From the IMG/VR virus record IMGVR_UViG_3300025653_000214, positions 1 to 27,271 of that record: 27,271 nucleotides of DNA; one strand, 5' to 3'. A program made the position numbers and the translations under genes. Numbering within the stretch: the stretch's first letter is position 1; every line of letters starts with the position of its first letter. Below are positions 15,196 through 23,374 of the stretch, piece after piece. The notes under the pieces are model-generated. The model was not told the origin of the DNA, did not search any database, and worked only from the letters and a program-made list of their open reading frames with translations. This DNA comes from a virus (Duplodnaviria > Caudoviricetes).

Positions 15196-15267
15196 TCAAC
15201 GCTCTTTAGCAGCTAGAGCTTCTTTGTGGTTGAAGTAGACGACTCCGTTGACAACATAATATGTCAT
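15196..15267 (-). CDS. 23-aa peptide, first gene of left arm
   Basis: SD AGGAG then MTYYVVNGVVYFNHKEALAAKER. Confidence 0.6.
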   Translation of the reverse strand: MTYYVVNGVVYFNHKEALAAKER

Positions 15268-15310
15268 GTAGTGCTCCTGTGTTAGAATAAGAAGATACTT
15301 ATCCACTGTG

Positions 15311-15342
15311 AAGACAAACCGAGGAACGAGTGTTTGGCTCTT
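15311..15342. repeat. Hairpin family member C
   Basis: AAGACAAAC-CGAGGAACGAGT-GTTTGGCTCTT. Confidence 0.6.
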
Positions 15343-15410
15343 ATAGATCTTAATGTGTGCTATGAGTACTCTATGTATATATAGGTATATAGAGTTACTT
15401 CCACAGCCTT

Positions 15411-15433
15411 TTCTATAAGGGGTATATACAATT
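15411..15433 (-). promoter_or_regulatory. Putative phage-RNAP promoter copy 3 (drives early/left block)
   Basis: Minus AATTGTATATACCCCTTATAGAA. Confidence 0.75.
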
Positions 15434-15507
15434 GAGCATTGTCCCAGAGGTTCCTTTAAGACCTCTCCCAGTACTCCCAATCGGGTAATAGTCTTAGTAA
15501 TGGGTCC

Positions 15508-15524
15508 TATATACCCCTTATAGA
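15508..15524 (+). promoter_or_regulatory. Putative phage-RNAP promoter copy 4 (drives terL)
   Basis: TATATACCCCTTATAGA. Confidence 0.75.
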
Positions 15525-15606
15525 TACTAAAAGGACGTTTAACAGCGCATAGAAGCCCACTGAGAGCCTCTAAGACCTCTGAGAGTACTTGGGATACCAC
15601 CATGAG

Positions 15607-15625
15607 GCCACAGCTTGTCTGGGGC
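15607..15625. repeat. Hairpin family member D
   Basis: GCCACAG-CTTGT-CTGGGGC; CAGCTTGTCTG identical to 8214-8224. Confidence 0.6.
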
Positions 15626-15716
15626 TACGTAGGGGGTCTGAAAGTAATGTGGGTACCTATATATATTGTTGCTTTAATCAGGCTTACTCAAAGGCAACCA
15701 AGAGGACACAGGACAC

Positions 15717-17369
15717 ATGAACAAGAAAGAACTAGCTAAACTACTCAAGGAAAAGCAGAGAAGGTCTAGGATTAAAGGATATCAAGAGGACTTTACTAGG
15801 TTTGCAGAAGAACAAATACAGATCGTCACTAAGGACGTATCCAGGGGGTTCGTACCTTTTAAGTTTAACGAAGCTCAAAGAATAATTACAGAAAAACTAG
15901 AGGAACAAAAGAATGCTACTGGTAAAGTTAGGGCAATTATACTCAAAGCTAGGCAGCAAGGTATCTCTACCTATTGCGCTGGACGAGTCTTCTGGAAGAG
16001 TTACTACACTCCCTATGCGAGATCAGTTGTCATGGCGCATGATTCGGCTACGTCTGATGCTCTATTCGCTATGTCAAAGAACCTTATCCGTAATATGGAA
16101 GGTGATCTTGCTCCCAAAGAACTTCGTAGTAATGCTAAAGAGATTATCATTAACAGTCCTGCTATGGTTGATAAAGAAGCTACTGCTAGTTATCGACTAT
16201 ATACAGCGGGGTCTCCAGAAGCTGGTCGAGGTACTACACCGACTATAGCCCACTGCTCAGAGGTAGCCTTTTGGCAACATGATGAGAAGATCCTTGCAGG
16301 TCTCTTCCAGGGTATCTCACAGGCTGATGGTACTGAAGTTATCCTGGAGTCTACTGCTAATGGTGCCCAGGGGGAGTTCTATAGGCTCTGGAAGGGTGCT
16401 GAGATGGGGGAGAACGAATACCTACCTATCTTCCTACCGTGGTATATAACCCCAGAATACACTAGGGAACCCCCAGAGAACATGGAGTTGACAGTTGAAG
16501 AAGAAAAACTACGAGACAAACACGGACTCGACAACGGACAACTCTACTGGAGAAGACTCAAGATTGCAGAAGGTGGAGAACTCAAGTTCAAACAAGAGTA
16601 CCCCTCAACAGCTGACGAAGCGTTTATTATGTCAGGATCTAACGTCTTCAACTTGGAGCGTTTGGACGCACTAGTACCACAGTCATATGAGAGAAGGTCT
16701 GAATGGGACCCTGCCTCAAAGATGTTTGATGAAAATAGAGAAGGTTCCTTGTACATATATCAGTTTCCTGATTGGAATGAACCTTATGTGGTTGCTGCTG
16801 ACGTAGCGCTAGGTGTGGGGCAAGACTACTCTGCTGCTGTTGTGTTAAATAAGCGGTATGAAGTTGTAGCACACTATAGGAACAATAAGATTGACCCTAG
16901 TATGTGGGGAGAAGTATTGTTTTATCTAGGTCGTTACTATAACAATGCCCTGTTAGCTGTAGAATCTAACAGTATGGGTATTGCTACCCTGCAGAAACTA
17001 GACAGTACAGGCTACATAAACCTATATAAGCAGACTAAAATAGCTAATGTGTCTTCAGAAGAGGGTGTTAGGCTAGGGTTTAGAACTACATCTGCTACAA
17101 AACCAGCTATTATAGCAAACCTAAAGAATCTTATAGAAAATGAAGAGATACTTATACCCTCTGTACAAATAATCAAGGAACTTAAGGACTATATATCTAC
17201 AGATACAGGTAAAACAGAGGCTGCACCTAATTGTTATGACGATTCAGTTATTGCATTAGCTATAGGTTGTGAGGTATTACGTACACATTGGGACAGATTG
17301 GGAACTTCAAATGTCTCATGGAAACAAAAGATGTCTACTGTAGAACAAGCTGAGGTTAACTGGTTATAA
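15717..17369 (+). CDS. terL: Terminase large subunit
   Basis: ILKARQQGISTY, HCSEVAFW, ESTANG, nuclease motifs AADVALGVGQDYS and DDSVIALA. Confidence 0.95.
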   Translation: MNKKELAKLLKEKQRRSRIKGYQEDFTRFAEEQIQIVTKDVSRGFVPFKFNEAQRIITEKLEEQKNATGKVRAIILKARQQGISTYCAGRVFWKSYYTPYARSVVMAHDSATSDALFAMSKNLIRNMEGDLAPKELRSNAKEIIINSPAMVDKEATASYRLYTAGSPEAGRGTTPTIAHCSEVAFWQHDEKILAGLFQGISQADGTEVILESTANGAQGEFYRLWKGAEMGENEYLPIFLPWYITPEYTREPPENMELTVEEEKLRDKHGLDNGQLYWRRLKIAEGGELKFKQEYPSTADEAFIMSGSNVFNLERLDALVPQSYERRSEWDPASKMFDENREGSLYIYQFPDWNEPYVVAADVALGVGQDYSAAVVLNKRYEVVAHYRNNKIDPSMWGEVLFYLGRYYNNALLAVESNSMGIATLQKLDSTGYINLYKQTKIANVSSEEGVRLGFRTTSATKPAIIANLKNLIENEEILIPSVQIIKELKDYISTDTGKTEAAPNCYDDSVIALAIGCEVLRTHWDRLGTSNVSWKQKMSTVEQAEVNWL

Positions 17370-17462
17370 TCCTATACTACTATATATACGGATAAATAGG
17401 CCTCAAACCCTTAGTGGAAGCCAAATAGTAATTTAATCTATGCACTATTTTGTGTGTTAATC

Positions 17463-17480
17463 TATATACCCCTTATAGAA
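17463..17480 (+). promoter_or_regulatory. Putative phage-RNAP promoter copy 5 (drives lysis/structural genes)
   Basis: TATATACCCCTTATAGAA in the intergenic region after terL. Confidence 0.75.
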
Positions 17481-17574
17481 CATAAAGACCTTAAGGGTCT
17501 AAGAGATCCGCGTTGTCCTCATGCGTCCGGTGGTACGCAGCGGTATACCACCACTTTATTTTATGGAGACCCCC

Positions 17575-17772
17575 ATGTCAGTAGAAACATTTCTTAAATG
17601 GAAGATACTTCCTAGATTTATGATGCTTATGTCTACTCTTATGTCTTGGAGATGTGCCGAATGGTTCATGGCTTTACCAGAACCGACTGGTGCTCAGTCA
17701 GCCTTTGTGTCAGTGGTCATGGGTGTTATGACAGGTGTTTTCGGAATTTGGATGGGGCATGAACATAAATGA
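17575..17772 (+). CDS. Two-TM membrane protein, possible holin
   Basis: SD GGAGA; MSVETFLKWKILPRFMML...QSAFVSVVMGVMTGVFGIW. Confidence 0.6.
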   Translation: MSVETFLKWKILPRFMMLMSTLMSWRCAEWFMALPEPTGAQSAFVSVVMGVMTGVFGIWMGHEHK

Positions 17773-17951
17773 TATGGTCACTATTACTTACAGCTTGTGT
17801 AGAAACCACTTGTGTTAAACAAGACATACAGTGGTTTGAAGATAGACAAGAGTGTATAGAGTTTAAAATATTACATGAAGAACTACCACAAGACGGTAGT
17901 TGGGGAACAATTACATATGAATGTAAAATATTAAACGGGGCTTCAACCTAA
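17769..17951 (+). CDS. Small Cys-containing hypothetical protein
   Basis: ATGA coupling; hydrophobic N-terminus, 4 Cys. Confidence 0.6.
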   Translation: MIWSLLLTACVETTCVKQDIQWFEDRQECIEFKILHEELPQDGSWGTITYECKILNGAST

Positions 17952-18109
17952 TGGGTAGCCCATGTGTTGGTATTTGTAAACTAGACAACAAAGATAAATA
18001 TTGTGTTGGATGTGGACGTACAATTGATCAAATAAGAGACTACTATTTAAGTGGATTAAAAAATGGTACATATCCCGTATATACAACCAAAAAGAAAACG
18101 AAGACCTAA
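17951..18109 (+). CDS. DUF1289-like Cys-rich protein
   Basis: Manual: MGSPCVGICKLDNKDKYCVGCGRTIDQI...; TAATG coupling. Confidence 0.7.
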   Translation: MGSPCVGICKLDNKDKYCVGCGRTIDQIRDYYLSGLKNGTYPVYTTKKKTKT

Positions 18110-18169
18110 AGAATACAAAAGCCCTGTTGTGTGGTGGAAAAGTGTTCGTTATTTAAATGGAGAAATGGA

Positions 18170-18448
18170 ATGTCGATCGAAAAGTCAGGAGAACGCTTCT
18201 CCGGTTACAACAAACCAAAACGTACACCAAACCACCCCAAAAAATCCCACGCAGTCCTAGCAAGGTCTGGGGGCAAGGAAAAACTAATTAGGTTTGGAGA
18301 GAAGGGTGCAAGCACAGCTGGAAAACCTAAAGCAGGTGAATCCAAACGTATGAAGATGAAACGTAAGTCTTTTAAAGCCCGTCATGCTAAGAACATTGCT
18401 CGTGGACCTTTGAGTGCAGCCTATTGGGCCAACAAGGTCAAGTGGTAG
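18170..18448 (+). CDS. Basic phage protein
   Basis: GYNKPKRTPNHPKKSHAV...KLIRFGEKG...SFKARH...SAAYWANKVKW. Confidence 0.75.
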   Translation: MSIEKSGERFSGYNKPKRTPNHPKKSHAVLARSGGKEKLIRFGEKGASTAGKPKAGESKRMKMKRKSFKARHAKNIARGPLSAAYWANKVKW

Positions 18449-18450
18449 TT

Positions 18451-18654
18451 ATGGAGGACATATTGTTAGATGCAGTTAAGAAACACGCTGAAGGTCATGT
18501 GGCTAAGCACAGGGCCAACATTGAGGTGTATCTAGGAAACCCAACAGGTATTGGGGAGCACAGTGATATTATCCAAGCAATCGAACATGAGCTTGGGTGT
18601 ATGGCTAAATGGCAAGAAAAACTAGACATGATTAAAAAGCATTTTATGGAGTAG
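18451..18654 (+). CDS. hypothetical phage protein
   Basis: ANIEVYLGNPTGIGEHSDII. Confidence 0.75.
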   Translation: MEDILLDAVKKHAEGHVAKHRANIEVYLGNPTGIGEHSDIIQAIEHELGCMAKWQEKLDMIKKHFME

Positions 18655-18658
18655 AGGT

Positions 18659-18826
18659 ATGGCAGTAAATGAAGCGGGTAACTACACAAAACCGACAATG
18701 CGTAAAAACTTGTTTAATAGAATTAAGGCGGGTAGTAAAGGCGGTCGTCCAGGCCAATGGTCGGCGCGTAAAGCCCAGATGCTTGCTAAGCAATATAAAG
18801 CAAAGGGTGGGGGCTACCGCGACTAA
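18659..18826 (+). CDS. 55-aa basic protein, DUF5872-like N-terminal part
   Basis: Manual: MAVNEAGNYTKPTMRKNLFNRIKAGSKGGRPGQWSARKAQMLAKQYKAKGGGYRD; SD GAGG. Confidence 0.75.
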   Translation: MAVNEAGNYTKPTMRKNLFNRIKAGSKGGRPGQWSARKAQMLAKQYKAKGGGYRD

Positions 18827-19080
18827 TGGCAAAGAAACCGTCACAAAAGAGCCTAAGCAAATGGACTTCTCAGAAGTGGCGCACACGAAGTGGTAAACCT
18901 TCTACTCAAGGGCCGCTTGCAACTGGAGAGCGTTATATGCCAGCTTCAGCTGTGGGAAGTCTCTCAGCAGCAGAACACGCTGCTACCACTAGGGCTAAAA
19001 GAAAAGCTACAAAAGCAGGAAAACAATTTAGCAAACAACCTAAAAAGGTTGCAGCAAAAGTTAAAAGACATAGATCGTAA
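18826..19080 (+). CDS. 84-aa basic protein, DUF5872-like C-terminal part
   Basis: QKSLSKWTSQKWRT...GERYMP...GKQFSKQP; TAATG coupling. Confidence 0.75.
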   Translation: MAKKPSQKSLSKWTSQKWRTRSGKPSTQGPLATGERYMPASAVGSLSAAEHAATTRAKRKATKAGKQFSKQPKKVAAKVKRHRS

Positions 19081-19099
19081 ATAACCCAGGAGTGGTAAA

Positions 19100-19240
19100 A
19101 TGTCTAGATTTGTACAAGAAACACATAAACAAAAAGGCGCTAAGAAACCCCAGGCACCCTTGCCAAAGGCAGGTTCTTACAGTCTTAAAGATTTAGAAAA
19201 GGCTAAGCCTATCTATTCTGGAACCGGAGGGAAACGTTAA
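19100..19240 (+). CDS. 46-aa basic protein
   Basis: Manual: MSRFVQETHKQKGAKKPQAPLPKAGSYSLKDLEKAKPIYSGTGGKR; SD AGGAG; TAATG coupling to portal. Confidence 0.65.
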   Translation: MSRFVQETHKQKGAKKPQAPLPKAGSYSLKDLEKAKPIYSGTGGKR

Positions 19241-21432
19241 TGGAACCCGCTGGCTACAAAGAAGTTGTTAGTGATGAGCAGCTAATTAGTATGGTGGAGT
19301 CTGGTGTTCAGAACTCTACTGGCGATTGGCTAAACTCATCAGAACTGGCACGAGAAAGACTAAAAGCGACTTATGAGTATGCTGGTGTTGCTGATTATCA
19401 CCTATCACCACAGGGTGTTAGTACTATTGTAGATACCTCTACTACAGAAGTGGTAGAAGCATATACGGCTGTACTCTCTGATTTGTTTCTTACAAATAAA
19501 AGACTAGCAAGGTTTATGCCTTGGGATAGTTCCCCTGCTGCAATTCAAGCAGCAAAAGACGCTTCAGACATTACTAACTATTGTTTATTTAAAAAGAACA
19601 ATGGATGGGAGCTTCTTCAACAGTGGATGAAAGCAGCATTGCTTTGGAAAAATGCAGTATGTCGTTGGGGCTATGTTGAAGATTACGATTACGTATTTGA
19701 AGAATACGAAAAGATTAGCCAATCAAATCTTGACACACTGTTGTCAGAAGACGATGTAGAGATTGTTGGCGATTTGCAATTTGAAAATGAATTTCAATCA
19801 ACTGATTCTATAACTGAACAAAACGTAGAACTTATGTATGTTGATGTTCGTATACGAAAACGTATTAATAAGTCTCGTGTTAAAATAGAGTTAGTGCCGC
19901 CGGAAAACTTCCGAATTGCTAGAGATGCTACATGTATTGATACAGCATCTTTTGTTGGTATGCAGACAGAAATGACACGCTCAGAGATCCGTAAATACTA
20001 TCCTGAAATGGCTGACAGCATTGATGCCTGGGATGAACTTGGGGATGATACGTGGTCAGGTAGTCTAAAATATTCTCAAGACATTGCAGCACGTAAACAA
20101 GTCACAGGACAAGAGTACACTCAAGGGTCCTTGCAGCAAGAAACCACACCCCTAGAAGCAAACCGTGAAGTAGCGGTTACAGAATGTTGGATGCACGTTG
20201 ACCGTGATGGGGATGGTATTGCAGAGCTAAAACACTTTATTATAGCAGGATCTCATATTCTTTATGAAGAAGACTGTGATGAAATTCCGATGGCTTCTAT
20301 TGTACCTATTGATATTCCGTTTGAGTTTTATGGATTGTCAATGGCAGACTTTACACGCAGTTCTACATTGGCATCGACAGCCATCCTGCGTGGTTTTGTA
20401 GAGAATACCTACCTCACTAACTATTCGCCTAAGTTGGCTGATCCTAATGTGGTAGATTTCTCTGCATTGCAAAACATGAAGCCTAAACAAATTATACCAA
20501 CTAATGGAAGCCCAGTAGGTGCTGTTCAACAGTTACCGCCTGAAACTATTTCTACAGGAACTGTGCCTCTTCTAGAACACTTGCAGCTTATTAAGGAACA
20601 AGCTACAGGTATGTCAAAGGCTGCTCAGGGTCTTAATGATACACTTTATGTATCAGGTAACTCAGAGCAGAAACTATCTGCTGTTCAATCAGCTGCACAA
20701 AAACGTATTCAACACATTGCTCGTAGGTTTGCTGAAACAGGATTTAAACGCTTGTTGTCTGGTATTTATTCTACAATGCGTAGTAATATGAAAGGTAATG
20801 TTAATTATAATATTGCTGGTGCACTTAAGTCTATTGATATGCAATCTCTTCCATCAAGTATGGATTTAGAAGTTTTACTTGATATTGGTGAAAACTCTAA
20901 TTCTTCTTTAATTGGAAAGTATGGTCGTATTGCTGGTGAGATCCTACCTGCTCTTAATCAACAAGGGGCTGGTATGATTATTAAGCCAGAAGCTCCAGCT
21001 ATTCTTGCAACTAAAATTATAGAAGCAATGGATGTTGATAGTAATGACTTTTTAGAAGACTACAATACAGAAGACTTTAAGGAAAAAGCTGCACAAGCTA
21101 TACAAGCACAACAACAATCTGCACAAGCAGATCGTAATCTTGCTCAGCGTAAGGTTGAAGCAGATGCTGCGCTAGCTGAAGCAAACGTTGTTTATACTGG
21201 TGCTCAAACTAAGAACACTATGGATGATAACGCTAAGCAACTTGCTGTGTCTATTGATAAGCACTTCCAAGAATGGGCAGATCTTCAAATTAAAGCAACC
21301 AAAGAAGGTGCAGAGCTACCAGAACATCCTGGGTATGACCAGATCATTATGTTAGCGCGGCAAATCCTAAGCCCACCTCAACCACAGCCACAACCAGAGA
21401 TGGGACCACAAGGACCCCAGGAGATGATATAA
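19240..21432 (+). CDS. Portal protein (podovirus, P22-like size)
   Basis: 730 aa, position before scaffold/capsid, VPPENFRI, DRDGDGIAELKH, FYGLSMAD, C-terminal coiled coil. Confidence 0.88.
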   Translation: MEPAGYKEVVSDEQLISMVESGVQNSTGDWLNSSELARERLKATYEYAGVADYHLSPQGVSTIVDTSTTEVVEAYTAVLSDLFLTNKRLARFMPWDSSPAAIQAAKDASDITNYCLFKKNNGWELLQQWMKAALLWKNAVCRWGYVEDYDYVFEEYEKISQSNLDTLLSEDDVEIVGDLQFENEFQSTDSITEQNVELMYVDVRIRKRINKSRVKIELVPPENFRIARDATCIDTASFVGMQTEMTRSEIRKYYPEMADSIDAWDELGDDTWSGSLKYSQDIAARKQVTGQEYTQGSLQQETTPLEANREVAVTECWMHVDRDGDGIAELKHFIIAGSHILYEEDCDEIPMASIVPIDIPFEFYGLSMADFTRSSTLASTAILRGFVENTYLTNYSPKLADPNVVDFSALQNMKPKQIIPTNGSPVGAVQQLPPETISTGTVPLLEHLQLIKEQATGMSKAAQGLNDTLYVSGNSEQKLSAVQSAAQKRIQHIARRFAETGFKRLLSGIYSTMRSNMKGNVNYNIAGALKSIDMQSLPSSMDLEVLLDIGENSNSSLIGKYGRIAGEILPALNQQGAGMIIKPEAPAILATKIIEAMDVDSNDFLEDYNTEDFKEKAAQAIQAQQQSAQADRNLAQRKVEADAALAEANVVYTGAQTKNTMDDNAKQLAVSIDKHFQEWADLQIKATKEGAELPEHPGYDQIIMLARQILSPPQPQPQPEMGPQGPQEMI

Positions 21433-21433
21433 A

Positions 21434-21730
21434 ATGGCAACAGTAACACTTTCAGCCGCTGGCGTAGGCGCTGCTCAATCGGGCACTGTAACTACAGCTG
21501 GTGGGTCTGGCGGCGGTATTATTATGGTAACAAACGATAGTGATGCAACCGTAACCTTTGATGTAGCAACAGCGGGTTCGACAGTTTTGTCTAATCAAAC
21601 AGTCGCTGCCAAAGATTATAAAATTGTAACAGGCCTTAACAATGGTGCACAAACATTGGTCAATGTGAGTACTTCACATGGGACTGCTGCACAATCAGGC
21701 GAAATTATTTACAACACACTTGTAACTTAA
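21434..21730 (+). CDS. Small Thr/Gly/Ala-rich virion protein (decoration-like)
   Basis: Composition and position in the structural operon. Confidence 0.55.
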   Translation: MATVTLSAAGVGAAQSGTVTTAGGSGGGIIMVTNDSDATVTFDVATAGSTVLSNQTVAAKDYKIVTGLNNGAQTLVNVSTSHGTAAQSGEIIYNTLVT

Positions 21731-21734
21731 GATA

Positions 21735-22070
21735 ATGGATAAGTATCGTAAGACAGCTGAGAAGAAGCTGGGAAACGAAAAGTCATATGGAAGTCATAAA
21801 ATTCATCCCGAAGAACTAGCTAGGCAAGCCCACGTTAAAGGGCACTTTGCAGCAAGAGAACGGGATGAATTCTTTGATGAAGTATACGGTGAAGTCTTAA
21901 TTGACTTTTTCCTTGAGTGGCTCAAGACGGAGCCACATGAAACCAAATCTCGTGAGTTTCTCTACAGTTCTGCTATGGCACTAGGAAGTGTTAAGGAGAA
22001 AATGATGAACTTTGAGATGTACGGAAAAAACATTCCGCACTTAAAGGAGGACAACAGTGAGACCAATTGA
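21735..22070 (+). CDS. hypothetical protein (head module)
   Basis: Tight spacing in operon. Confidence 0.7.
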   Translation: MDKYRKTAEKKLGNEKSYGSHKIHPEELARQAHVKGHFAARERDEFFDEVYGEVLIDFFLEWLKTEPHETKSREFLYSSAMALGSVKEKMMNFEMYGKNIPHLKEDNSETN

Positions 22071-22257
22071 TATTGATGCTCTTATTGCAAATTATAATGA
22101 AATGATTAACACCTTAGAATACGATTCAATGCGTAGTGCTGGTAAGGCTAAGCTTAATGCAGATAAGCTTGTAAACCTTCATGAACTTGTTGAACGCTAT
22201 ACTAAGGTACAGAATTCTAAAAAAGCAACCCCTAAAAAGGAGGTAGCAAATGGATAA
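22057..22257 (+). CDS. hypothetical protein
   Basis: SD AGGAGG before GTG. Confidence 0.7.
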   Translation: MRPIDIDALIANYNEMINTLEYDSMRSAGKAKLNADKLVNLHELVERYTKVQNSKKATPKKEVANG

Positions 22258-23353
22258 CGATACCGAAGCACCCGTAGACTCTACCCAATTGGATGAACCT
22301 ACAGCAGAGGTTAATAGTCAAACTGAAGAGGCTTTGCTGGCTGACATCATAGCGAACTCTGAGTTCGTAGATACTCTACCCGATGAGCAAGTACCTGAGT
22401 TAGACACGGAAGAAACTGATGAAGAAGACCCAGAGTCATCAGAAGAAGCCGATAACGAAGATGAAGAAGAAGAAGACGAGATTGAAGAAGTAGATACAGA
22501 AGATGAAGATGCTGATGAAGAATCCGCTACCGATGAACCTGATGTATTTGCAACCGATGACTTGGACTTGGAGGCTAAGGTTGTAGTCAAAATTGATGGC
22601 GAACATACTGAAGTTTCTTTTGGTGATCTTATTAAGGGTTACTCTACTGAACAACATCTGTCTAAGAAGGGTCGTGAACTTGGTGATGCAAGAAAACAGT
22701 TAGAAGAAGAATACCAAGAAAAGGTTGGAGAAATTCAAAACCTATCTAAGGCATCTGCTGCTATACTGTACTCTAATGAACAGGCTCTTTCTAAAGAGTA
22801 TCATGATATCGAAGCTCAAATTGATAAAGCTCGTAGAAATGGTGATACTTATGAAGTTAACGAACTAAAAGACAAACGAGAACAAGCTCAAAAAAACTAT
22901 TGGTCTGCACGTAATCAACGTGAAGAACTAGTAGAAAATCTTCAAAAAGCAGAACATCAACAGAATGAAAAAGAATGGAATGAACAACTCCAATACTTTA
23001 ACGAAACCATTCCTAGTATGATTCCTGATTTTAATGAAGATACAGCTATTGCAATTCGTGAGTTTGCTATTGAAGAAGGTATTTCACCAGAAGTACTAGA
23101 CTCAATTGCAGATCCTATTATTGTAAAGTTTGTTGATGATTATCGTAGACTAAAACAAAATATTACTAAAGGTACTGTTAAAAGAAAGAACACACCTGCC
23201 AAAAAGGCTCCGCTTAAGAAAGCTAAAACTACAACTCGCAAAAAGCAAGATGCAGCTTCAGCAGTTAAGGCACGAGCAATGGATCCTAACTCTTCAAGTG
23301 AAGATCAAATGGAATTTCTAAGAGGACTTGCTGAACGCTCTTTAAATCTTTAA
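22250..23353 (+). CDS. Capsid scaffolding protein
   Basis: Very acidic N-terminus, VKIDGE...LIKGY motif, coiled coil, directly upstream of the major capsid gene. Confidence 0.8.
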   Translation: MDNDTEAPVDSTQLDEPTAEVNSQTEEALLADIIANSEFVDTLPDEQVPELDTEETDEEDPESSEEADNEDEEEEDEIEEVDTEDEDADEESATDEPDVFATDDLDLEAKVVVKIDGEHTEVSFGDLIKGYSTEQHLSKKGRELGDARKQLEEEYQEKVGEIQNLSKASAAILYSNEQALSKEYHDIEAQIDKARRNGDTYEVNELKDKREQAQKNYWSARNQREELVENLQKAEHQQNEKEWNEQLQYFNETIPSMIPDFNEDTAIAIREFAIEEGISPEVLDSIADPIIVKFVDDYRRLKQNITKGTVKRKNTPAKKAPLKKAKTTTRKKQDAASAVKARAMDPNSSSEDQMEFLRGLAERSLNL

Positions 23354-23374
23354 TACCTCGGAGGTATATTTAAA

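Noticed and set aside
15168-15200. TGATGAG plus hairpin resembling a hammerhead core
   Set aside because: Lacks the exact CTGATGA and the downstream GAAA.
15196-15603. 135-aa minus ORF from the track
   Set aside because: Runs through promoters and repeats; only the last 23 codons follow a good SD.
18063-18260. 65-aa plus ORF
   Set aside because: Overlaps two better-supported genes; cannot be supported, though not excluded.
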